Assembly: GCA_051294905.1 (NCBI GenBank) | Contig: CM119371.1 | Location: 14,510,001 to 14,574,000, forward strand | Direction: 5' to 3' | DNA: 64,000 nt | DNA from: Botryllus schlosseri | Taxonomy: Eukaryota | Program-made: the position numbers and the translations under genes | Part shown: in pieces, positions 1-12,641 of the stretch | Layout: each line of letters begins with the position of its first letter | Numbering within the stretch: the stretch's first letter is position 1 | Notes under the pieces: generated by a model | What the model saw: only the letters and a program-made list of their open reading frames with translations | What the model was told of the DNA's origin: nothing | Database searches by the model: none

Positions 1-221
1 GCATCCAGCTTCTCGATTGGTAGGTCGTGGGTTCGATCCCCGGCCGGGTCAGATCAAAGACTCGAAAACTGGTATCCGCGGCTGTCCTGCTAGGCGCTCA
101 GCAATCACGGATAGCATGGAGGAGAAAAAACCGGGGGTGCAGACTAGATGGCCTTACTATAAAGGCCGTATCGCATCTCCATCGTCAAAGCATCTCGATG
201 GTGCAGGCGAAAAAGAATACC

Positions 222-266
<45 letters not shown>
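1..266 (+). mobile_element. tRNA-derived SINE with Nin-domain-like core and (CT)n tail; 5' end outside window
   Basis: B box GGTTCGATCCC followed by GGGTCAGATCAAAGACTCGAAAACTGGTATCCGCGGCTGTCCTGCTAGGCGCTCAGCA, which resembles the Nin-SINE domain; (CT)n at about 225-266. Confidence 0.7.
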
Positions 267-271
<5 letters not shown>

Positions 272-2295
272 CCCGTAGATCCCTAATTGCGGGTTTCCGG
301 TTTTAAATGTTATCGGCATTTTAATGTTGAAACAAGATATCTTGCTCTCATTCTCTGTCTGTGTTTGCCAGACTACATATGTTGCGTGGAACGGATTGTG
401 CGCCAGGCTGCTACAAACTGGCTCAATTGATTCCAGATACGTTCAGCTCTGAATACCGCATTGCTTCTAACACATCCTTATTATATCACTGTCAACGTAA
501 TTGACAACAGGAGCCTAATAGCCCCAACTCAAAATTGCCATCGATTTTACTGGACCTGCTTCGGTCTACCACAGGGGTCGCCAACTCAAAATGGGTCGCG
601 GGCCACTTTTCAAAATTCCTAGAGGCCGCGGGCCGCATGACTTCAATATCGAGAATAACATAGCCAACACAGCTCTCTGCTGTGATCTCTTACATGGGCG
701 ATGGACATAGTCACCACAAAATAAATGATATTTTATTGAACAAACACAGATACAACAAAAAATATCATGCTCATCAATTTCATTATATTTTGAACTATTA
801 GCTGCACACGATACTATTACTGCACACTCTGTAGCAACTAAAACATCAGGGGTGGGCAACCTTTTTGCTATTCACGGCCACATTTCGATTACTCATGTAG
901 CCCGCGGCTGCATTCCGGTGCATAGTGGTGATAAACAAACTGGGGCCAAATATCCACGTCAAACTCACCATGTCCATTGCTGGTACACTCCGGACAAATC
1001 TATTTACGCATATCGGCTTACTATGGGCACCGATACCGTGAACATAGTCATGTTATGAAGAACGACAGGGATACGCACTGTAGTCGCGCGAAGCGCGAAA
1101 ACTTTTTCATGTTTATGAGTGAATTTCATCATTTCATATTAGTATAGTTTCACATATTACTATCAAATATTCATCCTTTCTCCGCCCATGTGATCAGATT
1201 CACCGGTAGAGTTTATGCAGGGGGGGGGTGCAAACACTCAGAGAACTTATTAATGCTGGGGTGCATCTTTGGGTAGTCCAATTCTCATTAGTCCCCTATG
1301 TTGCATGCAGTTATTTCTTGACCTCCCATTAGAATTGTCGTTATAGTGGAAATATATTGGATTCGCCCAAACGCAGACCTACCAGAAAAAAAATCGGGAA
1401 GAGGAGAACACGATTCAAAATTGGTATTTCTTTATGGGTCGCATCATTTTCTCCACTGTTCACATCTGTACTGTGGGACTCAGACTACAAAGGACACTGC
1501 TGTATTAAAATCAAAAATCAACTCGCATAAAAGCGCAGATAGCGCGAAGAAAATTTCAAGAATAATTCTAACCTCACATTAATTAGGGAGTCAATTCGTA
1601 AATTCAATTTGCATAATATTGACAGCCACCAACACATCCTAATTGCATTGAGTATTGACGGCCGCATAATTTTTCTTCTACTGCCGCAGATTGGCCGCCC
1701 CATGATTAAAGAATCGATATTGGGGCTAGTTGTAGACACGGAACGACGGTAGCCTATTTGCTAGAAAACTATCTCCTCGTAAAGCATGATTTATTGGAGA
1801 GTCCGAAATCGTTTATCAAGCCTCCCGGTCTTGGCAGTGGTGGGCCATTGCACGCCAAGGCAATATGCCCATTCATATCAGCAAATTATTCGTCCATATA
1901 TAATGGTATTACCATGCCGAACCGCAGGAATAGTTTGTTTTTGTTTGTTTGTTTTATTGATACAAGAACAGTGGCGCTTTTCGCCTAGTAAAGCCATGTG
2001 CGCCACGACAGTAACATTTGTAATATTTCATTGTCTTTGATTTTCGTCATCTTCCGGGCGACTTTGCACACTCGCATTCTTTCACCATCGGCCTCCCTCG
2101 TTTTTCATGCGCCCGTATCTTCGTCTGTACTGCCGACTTATCGACGCGGCTCACCATACATCTGGGCTATTCGTACGACACTACACATGCAGTGGAGGTC
2201 AGCGATGAGGAGCCAGATAAACCTCCGACACATAGAAGTAGGTCCGAACCGCGATTCGAACCACTAACATTGATGTCGTGACAGCGGTGCATAAC

Positions 2296-4241
2296 CAGTG
2301 TTGCCAATTTAGCGATTTTGTCGCTAGATCTAGCGATTTTTTATTCGGTTTAGCGACAAAAATATCGATCTAGCGACTAGCGATAAATCTAGCGACTTTT
2401 GAAAAATATTTAGCGATATTCTAGCGATTTTTTCTCAAAAATATCTGATATCAATCAGTTAGTTATGAGCAGCAAACATCATGCGCGTTCAGCGTTCACC
2501 ATATCATATAAGCGCGTCTACACCTCAGCACGCATCGCCGATCTGCATTCAGGTCGCGTTCGCGTGTATGGACACTGGGCAGGGACGTCAACTAACTTTC
2601 TTGGTCATGGGAGCGAAGTTCGCCGTAACCTTTCCAGCCATAAAATCCGCCGAACTTGTCAAGATCCTGACCAATTGACCGCCAATACATTACGAGTAAT
2701 CACAATCATTCTCACTCAATGAAATTTGCAATACATGTTCCGATATATGAATTAATTCTTTACGCCCACGTAGGACGAAGATAGGGTTCCCCAATTCCGC
2801 ATCCCACTAAAACTGAAATCGCTATTTTGCATCGGACTTTTGACACCTACACGAGTCTAGGGATTTCTATAATTCTAGATATCCCTGACGAGATGTAACA
2901 GTATCAGTACTAGGGCTGGGCAAAATCGAGTACCTTAGTGATTTGATTCTGAATCGAGTATTTTGCTTTGAGTCTAGTGTCACTCCTTATGACGTCATAA
3001 CATCATTTATTAATGTCAAGGTTCAAATATGCAAATATGCGTCTTTTCTGCCACCACAAACAATACAATGCCCGTTATATCTATCACATTAAAGATACTT
3101 TGGTATTTTTCGACCATAACGATTTCATTGCAATTGGTGACAAAGTTGTTGAGATGATCAGGACTTCGGAAATGTGTTATTTTCAGTCGTAGCTTTGCAC
3201 TATCTGTTTCGTATGCCGCGATACGGCCAATCATGGTTTCAAGGCCTCCACAGTGGAAAATGAGTATCGAAACTACAATTCCCGTTGACAACTTAACTTT
3301 TAGTGGCGATGAGCACATAATTTCAGTACTTTACTCGAAAAAATCGTCTTTCACTACTCGACTCGATTCAGTAAACTTAATACTCGATGTCGATTCAGAT
3401 TCGAGTACTAGAATCATTGTGCCCAGTCCTAATCAGTACTATAACACTATTCGTACCAATATCGAGATCCAACGAACGGGTTTAAATCGCCCTCCCTCAA
3501 ATTGCCTGAATACACTCACAGTTTTATATCATATTCGTGTAAGATAAATCAAAACAATAAACGATTACGTTGCGTAATACTTTCGACACCAAGATCAGAT
3601 GGATGATAGGGAAATAGAAAGATAATTGGATGGTCAGCCGCTAGTATTATAGTCTAAAGTGCACGTTGCAACTTATGATGGCCGGCAAACCCGGTGTGGG
3701 TCATGTCGACTTCAAGTACTCCCACCCAGTTACAGGAAGGCAAGAACGTTTCCGCAATTATCAGTCGGCCTATATTGCATCAATGCATATTATATATCAT
3801 TGATCGTATTTCGCGTATTCACGGACGCATCGAGCAAGGCACTTGTATATCTATGATGCTTTTCACTTCAAATTCCCTTCAGCGGCAGTTTGTGTCACGC
3901 CTTAATAGAGAATGATGACTGCAAACCTGGTCAGTGGTCACGCAGAGCAATATGGTTTCTTGAAATGTACCGCACAATTTGTCTCGTTTTGAGATGACTG
4001 ACATGACTCTTGGGTATTATAAACTAGAATATGATAAGTGGCGTTTGAAACAGACGATTAAAATATAGCTAATAAAAATGTATGGAATATATATGGATAT
4101 TCTGGTTAAATTCAACAACTTCAGGGATTAAAATCAGATTTAGCGACTTTTTCTAGCGATTTTGTTTCAAGATTTAGCGACATCTAGCGATGTTCGACGC
4201 CAGTTTTAGCGACTTTTGTCCAGCCGGAGTTGGCAACACTG
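2296..4241. mobile_element. Non-autonomous hAT element
   Basis: TIR CAGTGTTGCCAA...TTGGCAACACTG; TAGCGA subterminal repeats; TSD TGCATAAC. Confidence 0.92.
2911..3431. mobile_element. hAT MITE
   Basis: TAGGGCTGGGCA...TGCCCAGTCCTA; TSD ATCAGTAC. Confidence 0.9.
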
Positions 4242-4623
4242 TGCATAACCAACTGCGCCACTCGCTTCCCCCCGCAGGAATAGTGATATTGGGCACAGTA
4301 GAATGGCTTTACTTTGAACAACAACAACAATATGTTTAAACTGAAATCAATTTCGGCATTTCGAAATGGCTTTCTGACCGTTCTTCAAAAATTTCCCCAA
4401 ATCAGGCCGCGGGCCGCAAAATATGACCTCGCGGACGGCGTGTTGGTGACCCCTGGTCTACCATATAGTGAGGTTCATGTTCGCGTTCTATGTGTTAACC
4501 ATGGAAATTTAGAGGTTCACGTTCGCAAATGAACCTTTGTAGGTAGGCAATCATACAACATCATGAACGAAATACACTACATGTAGGTAGTCAGCAAATG
4601 ATGCTTATTCAATTCATCCAATC

Positions 4624-6632
4624 CAGTGCTTTTCAACCTTTTTGAGCTCCATTCGCACTTTCTTTGTGAAATAAATTTCATTCGCACAAAAAGATGAAGA
4701 TAGGCCTACTCAACATTTTGTTCAGATGTGCAACAATATGGATAACTATGTAGCTTAAGCTACCAAATGTCTCATTAAAAAGGCAACTTTTTTCGCTCGT
4801 TTTACTTCCAATTATTTCAATACAACACTTCTCGACCAAAAAATGTTGTTCGGAATTTGTACAAGAACGTCTACTAGTGCTTGGATGCCCAGGTCTTAAA
4901 ATCTGTTCTGCACTCCTATCCCAAATATAGCGTATTTTTCGCGAGTGAAAAATGCTTGCGGGCTGAAATCGTTTATGAGAGCTGACACAAAGGTCCCGCG
5001 AAGCTCCAGTTTTTCGAAAGGATGAAAAACCCACACGTTTGTGTTGAGGTTTTTGTCTTATGTCTTTGGAACATAAGGTGCAAAACGATCAAGAAGAGTT
5101 GGCACATTAGAGCTCGATACCTGATGACACGTTGCTCCAACTTCTGTCTCTCAAGTTTATGAGAAGAGCAAATACCCCATGGTAGGCCTACTGCGTGCTC
5201 TACTCTTCACCCCAATCTAACTTGAGAATTCATAACAGTTTGATAACGGTAAACCAGCTTTTAGACTACCACCAAAATATGAGTTTTTGTGGAATCTCGC
5301 GACCCGAGCCTCACCCATGAAGAGGAATTTAGATTTAATATTACAGTTGTATGCTACGATGTTACGGGCATATATGACAGGACATACAGAACGCGCACAT
5401 CACAATTCTAACCAACACAGCTCTACGACACATGTCTGACGTAGCCTACACGATTTCAAATTAGGGCGAATTAAATTCCTCTGCGTATCACAGTTGTTCT
5501 ATATTGTCGACTCAGATTGCAAGAACGCGACTATTCCGTGCCGACAACGGAGCATATCCAATCCATCTCGAAAGGTTTGGCCATCCAGCATCGGTCATTT
5601 TTAGACCAAGGTTTTGTCGCCGCTCATGTTTTTGGCACCGCATTTTATCAGCGGTTTATTCGCCAAAACGTTAGTTTTCATGTGCCCCGACGCAGAAGGG
5701 GTTGGCCTCGAAATGAATGAGTCTCATAGGCCTGAACTCGCTCGTTGCACACCCCTACACTAGTTCATCCCAACGGTCTTCGACCATGATTTCCAGAAAA
5801 AAACAGTCGGACAAATTTGATCATGAATTCCATGCCATATTTGTTGCGCGTCTCGCTCATTGGCTACAGTAACCAACACAGTGACCTTGGATATGTAAAA
5901 ACGATCGCAGGATGTTTTGCAACAAATTCAATAAATATTACATAGCCTACATATTCACAGATAGCTCTGGCACCGTGTCGACCCAAAATTATACCCTTTG
6001 CAGTCCCTACTTTCATAACCATGAAGGGGTAAAAATTTGACGTTACAGTAAACTTGCGAATGTGAGTCGCTGTAATGATGGTATTTGCTACTATCCTCGT
6101 ACCTCGCGCTAATCGAACAGTTATTACGAAAATATGATGATTGTTTAGCAAAAGGAAGCAGAAAGTCAATTTGACATCATTTTTCGAGCCTGTCGCAGGA
6201 TCAGACGGGCTGATATACTGTATGTCTGCCACTATACAGATTGTAGAGATCTCTATACTGCCACTACACCAGCTTCCAAACCAGACTTTTGGTGACGTAA
6301 TAATTATAGTGTGGGAATATTAATTCACCACGGCTTGTAAGAGCTACGATTAGTGGTGCGTCGTATTCAGTTTTTACAATTGCGTCGCAACTACAAAAGT
6401 TACACTGATTCTAAATTTCCTATTAAGTTTATTTGAATTATTCCTCGTCAGAAAAGTTAACAATTAATCATTCGCACTTAATCCGGATTTTCATTCGCAC
6501 TATTCGCACCACCTTCGTCATTCGCACTTGACCCGGATTTTCATTCGCACTGTTCGCACCACCTTCGTCATTCGCACTGCAATTTTTTTCATTCGCACCA
6601 GTGCGAACCGTCACACAGGTTGAAAAGCACTG
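4624..6632. mobile_element. Non-autonomous hAT element
   Basis: TIR CAGTGCTTTTCAACCT...AGGTTGAAAAGCACTG; TSD ATCCAATC; CATTCGCAC subterminal repeats at 6470-6600. Confidence 0.92.
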
Positions 6633-7088
6633 ATCCAATCAATAAAATCGATATAAAGAATACATTGTAGTCTAATGTAAAATATCTAGCAGGCGTAGGG
6701 CATCCATCTTGACTTGATGTGTTTATTGTATCATAAAAACTAATTCCGTGCTATTAAGGTGTTGGCTCATCTGTATTATGGTCGTATCTTGACTCGTTTT
6801 ACACTCTGCTCAATATCAATTATGTGATAGTCAGACGCCGAATACATTTTACGGTCTGGCCTAGACTATTAAGACGAAAGCTAATATTCCCTTGTAATTC
6901 CTCGCCGGAATTGTTGGCAAAGCGATGGAAGGTATCGATTTTATTTGATTACTATAGCATTTAATAGCTCCAGTTGATACATTTGGTGACGTTTAACAAG
7001 TCAGCATTTGCTTCAGGATTGTCATTGCGTCATCCATAGTTAGAAGCCCATTGTTGAAACAATAATAGATAGAAGTAAACTAAAACGT

Positions 7089-7161
7089 TGATCCCGAAGG
7101 GACTCGAACCCTCAATCTTCTGATTCGAAGTCAGACGCCTTATCCATTAGGCTACGAGACC
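7089..7161 (-). tRNA. tRNA-Arg (anticodon TCG)
   Basis: GGTCTCGTAGCCTAATGGATAAGGCGTCTGACTTCGAATCAGAAGATTGAGGGTTCGAGTCCCTTCGGGATCA: full cloverleaf, A and B boxes, TTTT terminator just downstream. Confidence 0.95.
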
Positions 7162-7787
7162 GGTCGTTAGTGCGGAGGCTTTTCTTATATTGTCTCTATA
7201 TGGCACCTTCAAATTTATAATTGTATCAATGACTCTGCTATTTTGTCCACTCGAATTATCCAATATAACTTAACATGCCATCAAGCCGTAACTCGACTCA
7301 GGGCCATTACCATATCCTTGCCTCATATCGAAGTTGGTCTCTAAACGACCAGATTTTCGAGTGCGACTGTGATCTTGCTTATACATCGATGACTCACTCG
7401 TCTGGCTCCTTGGAGTTATGGTCTCTACTGTACGTAGGGATACCATATGTCCTCTTTTAAGGGGATTTGTCCACTTTTTTCAATAAAACTAAAATGTAAT
7501 CCGAGACCGCCTAAATGTATGATGTTTAAGCAGTTCGCCCTCTCGTTTTCTTTCGAGTGTAAAGCGACTATACCAGGGGTGGGCAAACTGCGGCTCGCGA
7601 GCCGCATGCAGCTCTTTCAGCTATTGACTGAAGCTCTTGATTTCCATTGTACTGGAGAGGTTTAACCTGATTATAAATTGATACATTTTATCGCGTATAA
7701 ACAATACGAGTATTGTTTCCGTGTTGTTCCTTTCCTCAGAAGTATTTCTGGTTCTTGGCCGCTGAGTGATGCTATATTTACATTAAG

Positions 7788-7823
7788 TATAGATAACTAA
7801 CCTACGTAGGTTAGTTATCTATA
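7788..7823. repeat. 36-bp perfect palindrome with 7-bp flanking duplication (collapsed TIR element)
   Basis: TATAGATAACTAACCTACGTAGGTTAGTTATCTATA flanked by CATTAAG / CACTAAG. Confidence 0.7.
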
Positions 7824-10800
7824 CACTAAGTTTCCCTAAAAGAACTCTAGCCTCTATTTTACTCATAATTAGGCAAGTTTCTGATGCAGTCAAACCCGCG
7901 GACAGTTGCACTTATTTTTCACAAAAGTTGCAGTAAGAAATTGCATTTCATTTTCACAAAAGTTGCACGAAAAAGTTGCATTTATGGACCACTTTCTTGA
8001 AATTATTGCGGTATGAGATGCTCGAATCGTTCCGTGTACAAGGCACTGTAGCAAAACCCAGTGTTGGCGACTTCAACAAAATCAATAGCCTGAAAAAATT
8101 GATCCAGTGACAATATTATTTTCGGCGGTCTATCCTGAATGTACGTAAAATCAGAAAGGACCTCAAATTTACACGACAGTGAAATAATCAATCGATCTGT
8201 ATACATATATTGCTAAATATTTCCAGTAAATGATTAGTTGCATAAAAACTCGAAAAAAGTTCCATAAAGTTGCATGAAAAAATGAAGAAAAGTTGCAAAA
8301 AGTTGTAGTATAAGACTCCTCCAAACAGCTTAAAACACCATACTACATAACTTCTGAGTATTTATAGGAAGCTGCCGGAAGTTGTAAAAGTTGCAAAAGT
8401 TGCAAAAAACCTGCCCTACTTATCATAGATGTACGTTCAGTCTTAGTGGCCTCGCGATGATGATCCTGGTCTGGCGAAATGTAGAATCCGTTTGTCAGAA
8501 ATATATGCTTGTCAGTAATATTTCAAACGTTAGACTCCGCTGACACTTGATTGACTTCCGGTATAGTCCCCACGTCAAGTAACGAAGTACTCCTACAGTT
8601 TCGAAGTAGGCCTACTCAAGTACGTTGTCACGGAAATACATTTCAACGCACACGTGATATACTGATGCAGAAAGCATTGACAATTGGCATTACGTCGCAC
8701 TGCTACAAACGTCGCACGGTCTCATATCGTCACAACAGAAAACGGAAATGTTGGTGGTATGGTTTCACGGAAGTGCTACTTGCACGGAAAAATGTTGCTG
8801 CCTAAGCACGAGGGTGCAGCCGACTGCAGTGTACATCTTAATCCGAGTGCAGAGAAGAAATCATATATGCAGTTAGATCACCGAAATCAATCAGGGCAGG
8901 ACGAAATTGTTGAATAACAGGTAGATTTACCATATGTCCACCGTGGTGTGAAATGAAAATAAATTCTTAGGTACTTTCTACTGAGTAATACGGCCAGAAC
9001 TTCTATCACCTCTCGTTGAGTTCGTCCTGGCCAGCAATGTGTTAATTTAAGCAATTTATAGTTATGTCATTTGCGACGTGTAATACGAGATTTTTGCCGT
9101 AGCGCACCAGATCGATAAGGTGATAAGCACTACAATGTCTCAATGTCTTAATTGATTATTGTTTTAAATGCAACCCTAATTATCACCAAGGTTTGTTAGT
9201 CGGATGTTGTACCAGGAAGTATCGAAATCCTAATTTTGCATCACTTTTGCATCCATCACATATGTACACATCAGGGCGTGAACCAACATTACAAATATAT
9301 GCAAAGAGATACAGTTAAACGTGCTCTCTTACCACGCGGACAAATGGCAAAACGCATTGATAGATCTGCCCGTCATGTAGCAAGTTCATTAAAGTGGTAA
9401 CAATATTCTCTCGCTTACAGATTTTCACGCAAACTTTAGTGTAGTGTTTGTAATTGCGGCAAGTTCATAAATAATAACTGATCCTCTCTTCTTTAGGGCA
9501 TATTGATCAATTAGGGGAATCTGATATTCCCAATTTGTATAGAAGAGCTTGTAGTTTGCGATATTCGGTTTTTACACGTTTATAGATATTAGATTTGTTG
9601 ATACCTTTGCAATAGCCTGTTGAGGTATGCTCTGTCGTGAAACGTTGAGAAATATTTAGTAGCTTGGTGAGATCTGTCGGATGCTGAGTAGTGCGTATTC
9701 TATACGTCTTCAGAAGCGAAGCACCGATGTCACGTTCAGCAGGTTTAAGTTTTTGGGATATCTGTTTCTAATCACATTGCCCTTCCGTTAATATTCCGTT
9801 CGGTTATACGCTTTTAGATACTAGCGACCGCCGCAACTGGTTACCGAATATATAGTTTTTTTTTATTATTAAGTTTTAAGTGGCGCGTGTCGCCGTTTCC
9901 GGCCTTGTGCACCACGGACAAAATATGTTATCAAGGATCGAGTTTTCGTGCTCTGGGACATAGGCTTATAATAAATTTCAAACTATATAAACTTTCAAAC
10001 TATATATACAAGTTACATGAAATAATAAACTCGGCGACCGGCGTAAATAATTGCGGCATAGTAGAAGTTACACATGACCATCTGTACAATATCTACATAA
10101 ACTAATATGTTGAGGTGGTCACATGGATCTAAAAGTATATAACCGAATAGAACATTGACGGGATGGGTTATTGTGGTTGTAATTCTATGTCGATGGCGTG
10201 CAACACACGGACACCGCGCTGGATGCGACTTATGAAAGGATTCTTTTGTGACTCACGGTAACTCTTCGGTCCCAGTGGACATTGTGGTAGATCGTTTATC
10301 AACTGCTAACGAGAAGGCATTGATGGTATTCAACGAGAATCCAAAAAAATGTTTGATTGGGTGAAACGGCTGAATGAATAATGAGTACTCTAATTTAGTT
10401 CCACAATCCAGGAAGTTGTATGACTATGAAAGTTTTCAAACCACTATTCAGGCGATGTCGTTGTGTGGGCATTGTCGAATTTATTCACTCATCAACATAT
10501 AACTGAAGTATGTGAAGAAGAGCTACGGTGTTCGTGTAGGTTGGAAGGAAGGAACAACCACTGCAGGTGTAGGCATCCTACAGGCGAAACCGTTCTTAGC
10601 TGAGGGCTGTCAAACTTCGTTCGTATAGTACTTGAAACACAAATATCGGACCACCATCAGAATGTATGTTCTGGATCAAAAGTATCGATATTACCATGTT
10701 CTAAATTTGTTTCCTAAGCCTTATTTCGAAACTAGTGAAAGATAGAATTAGTTGATTGAGCTCAGCGGGTTTGAGCCAGAGGTAACCCATGATTGACCAA

Positions 10801-10884
10801 CCATTCTGCCGATTTCGAGTGGAACTGCAAATATGTAGGTCGTTTCTGATGCCCGATATATATTATAGTATATACATTGTAAAT

Positions 10885-11432
10885 CAGGGGCGGCTAACAT
10901 ACGGCCGGATCCGAGATTTTGAGCGGACCGCAGCCAGTTTCTACCTTGAAACTGAAATTCTAATCTGAAAGCATTGACAAATATTATGCGTCACAGAATG
11001 AATCCAAGTTTGCCAACCTCATGGCATTACTTGTTCTATTCGGGCCTACATACATTTGCGAGCAAACTTTTTCGACCATGAACATTAACAAGACCATACT
11101 GCGTTCCAATATAAGTGATGTTAACGTGCAGTTTTTACTAAGGATCTCTACATACGACATGCAGCCAGAGTTTCCAAGAACGCGTGGACATGGACAACTT
11201 TGATCGACCACAAACCATACATTGACTTCAACAGCTATTGAGTTGCCTACATTAGGTTGATAAATTCATCGAATACTGTTTTGGTATCTATACCTAAATT
11301 TTACAATGGATACGATTTATTCTTGAATAGATGGATAAATGCTCGATTAATGAATCGATTCTGTAATCCGACCGGGCAAGTAGTTCATTTTCCCATATCA
11401 GACCCGCCGACCGCAGAAGTTGTCCGCCACTG
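10885..11432 (+). mobile_element. Internally deleted Buster/Charlie hAT element with transposase C-terminal remnant
   Basis: CAGGGGCGGCTAAC...GTTGTCCGCCACTG; TSD TTGTAAAT/TTTTAAAT; FGPTYICEQTFSTMNINK..LRSNISD dimerisation motif at 11021-11203. Confidence 0.85.
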
Positions 11433-12592
11433 TTTTAAATGAAAGTCTAGTAGGCCTAGCTAGGCGATATTTCAACGTGTTTCAAATGTATTTCACAGTA
11501 GTCTATATATGGCTCATCATAAGGTCTGAAAGTGATGTTTCGCAATCTAGCATTTACTTATCATATCGTAATCTAGCATTCCATGGCGTGTCCTAATCTG
11601 GAAAAGTGGATTCTGACTTTTTTTAGTTTTAGAGCTGTTTTAGCATACCGCCTTTGGAACTTTCTGGACTAAAGATATGAAATATATTTTCCGATTTTAG
11701 AAGTAGTATTTATATTTCACTTTCAATTACCAGTATGATATACTTCGAGTTCTAATTAATATCAGTTCTTTTGTCTGGATGACATACATGTCGAAGAATA
11801 AAAGCAAGTGTAGTAATGCCTTTAATTTCCGGAGATAAAGCTACACAATATGGCATTTTAACGATTCACCATATTTTTTTATTAACGTTTACTAATCACG
11901 CAAAGTGTTTACACCGTATTCCATACAACTTCTCCATATTGCTCTTCGACTAAACTACGGGCCCTATAATATGGGGAGGGCGCCATACCATGATATTTTC
12001 TAAAACGTGCTGTTCGAGTAAACAGAGGATTAGTATCCCATTTCCATATCAATACTATCGTTTTCATCCCATGATGCAAACGAATGCTTATGCTGTCGAA
12101 AATTGGATATTTCCTTGTATGCATCAATATGAATCAAGCTCGGCATATTTCGCATAGCTGAATTTGCACCTTTTGACATAGTCCATGCGAACGAATTACT
12201 ATCGTTTTCTCAACTACTTACTTACTTCGGTAGATCTAAAGACAGTCTATTCTACTTCTACTTCAAGTAGTTTTAGGTTGCTTATGGAATAAGTACTTCT
12301 ACTACTCGTACTTGAGTAGAATTTTTCGTCGCTACTTCTAATTCTACTCGAGTAGCTTTCTTGACTACTTTGACCACATCTGCACTGTTTACGTGCAGAT
12401 GGCCGTTTTTCATTTTGTCACCATGTCCATCAGCATTCCATTTAAATAGTGACATAAGTCTTCAATCATTATGCCGACATTAAGAATCCCTGGTTACGTT
12501 ATTCAACTGCGATTAATGTACCAACAGCTGTCGAATATTTTGTAATATTGTACGGATGAGGCCGAAGATAATACAATTCCCTAAATATATCC

Positions 12593-12641
12593 ATGACGAT
12601 GATTACACTTCACGTTTTCGGAGCATTCATCAGTATTTTTG
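12593..12641 (+). CDS. mGluR-like exon 1 (signal peptide)
   Basis: MTMITLHVFGAFISIF(G), hydrophobic; strong GTAAGT donor; phase 1 matches exon 2. Confidence 0.65.

Larger units (their letters stand above)
1935..4271 (-). mobile_element. tRNA-derived SINE interrupted by a hAT MITE
   Basis: 13-bp TSD CCGCAGGAATAGT (1922-1934, 4272-4284); A box TGGCGCAGTTGG and B box GGTTCGAATC separated by the 2296-4241 insertion; (AAAC)n tail. Confidence 0.85.
572..4455. mobile_element. hAT (Charlie/Buster-type) MITE with nested insertions
   Basis: Termini CAGGGGTCGCCAAC...GTTGGTGACCCCTG; perfect 8-bp TSD GTCTACCA. Confidence 0.9.

Noticed and set aside
7574..7620. Charlie-type MITE left ends at 7574 and 847, and the AAAGTTGCA-rich element at about 7866-8422
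   Set aside because: Clearly repeat-derived, but no matching end or TSD could be fixed, so boundaries are not reported.
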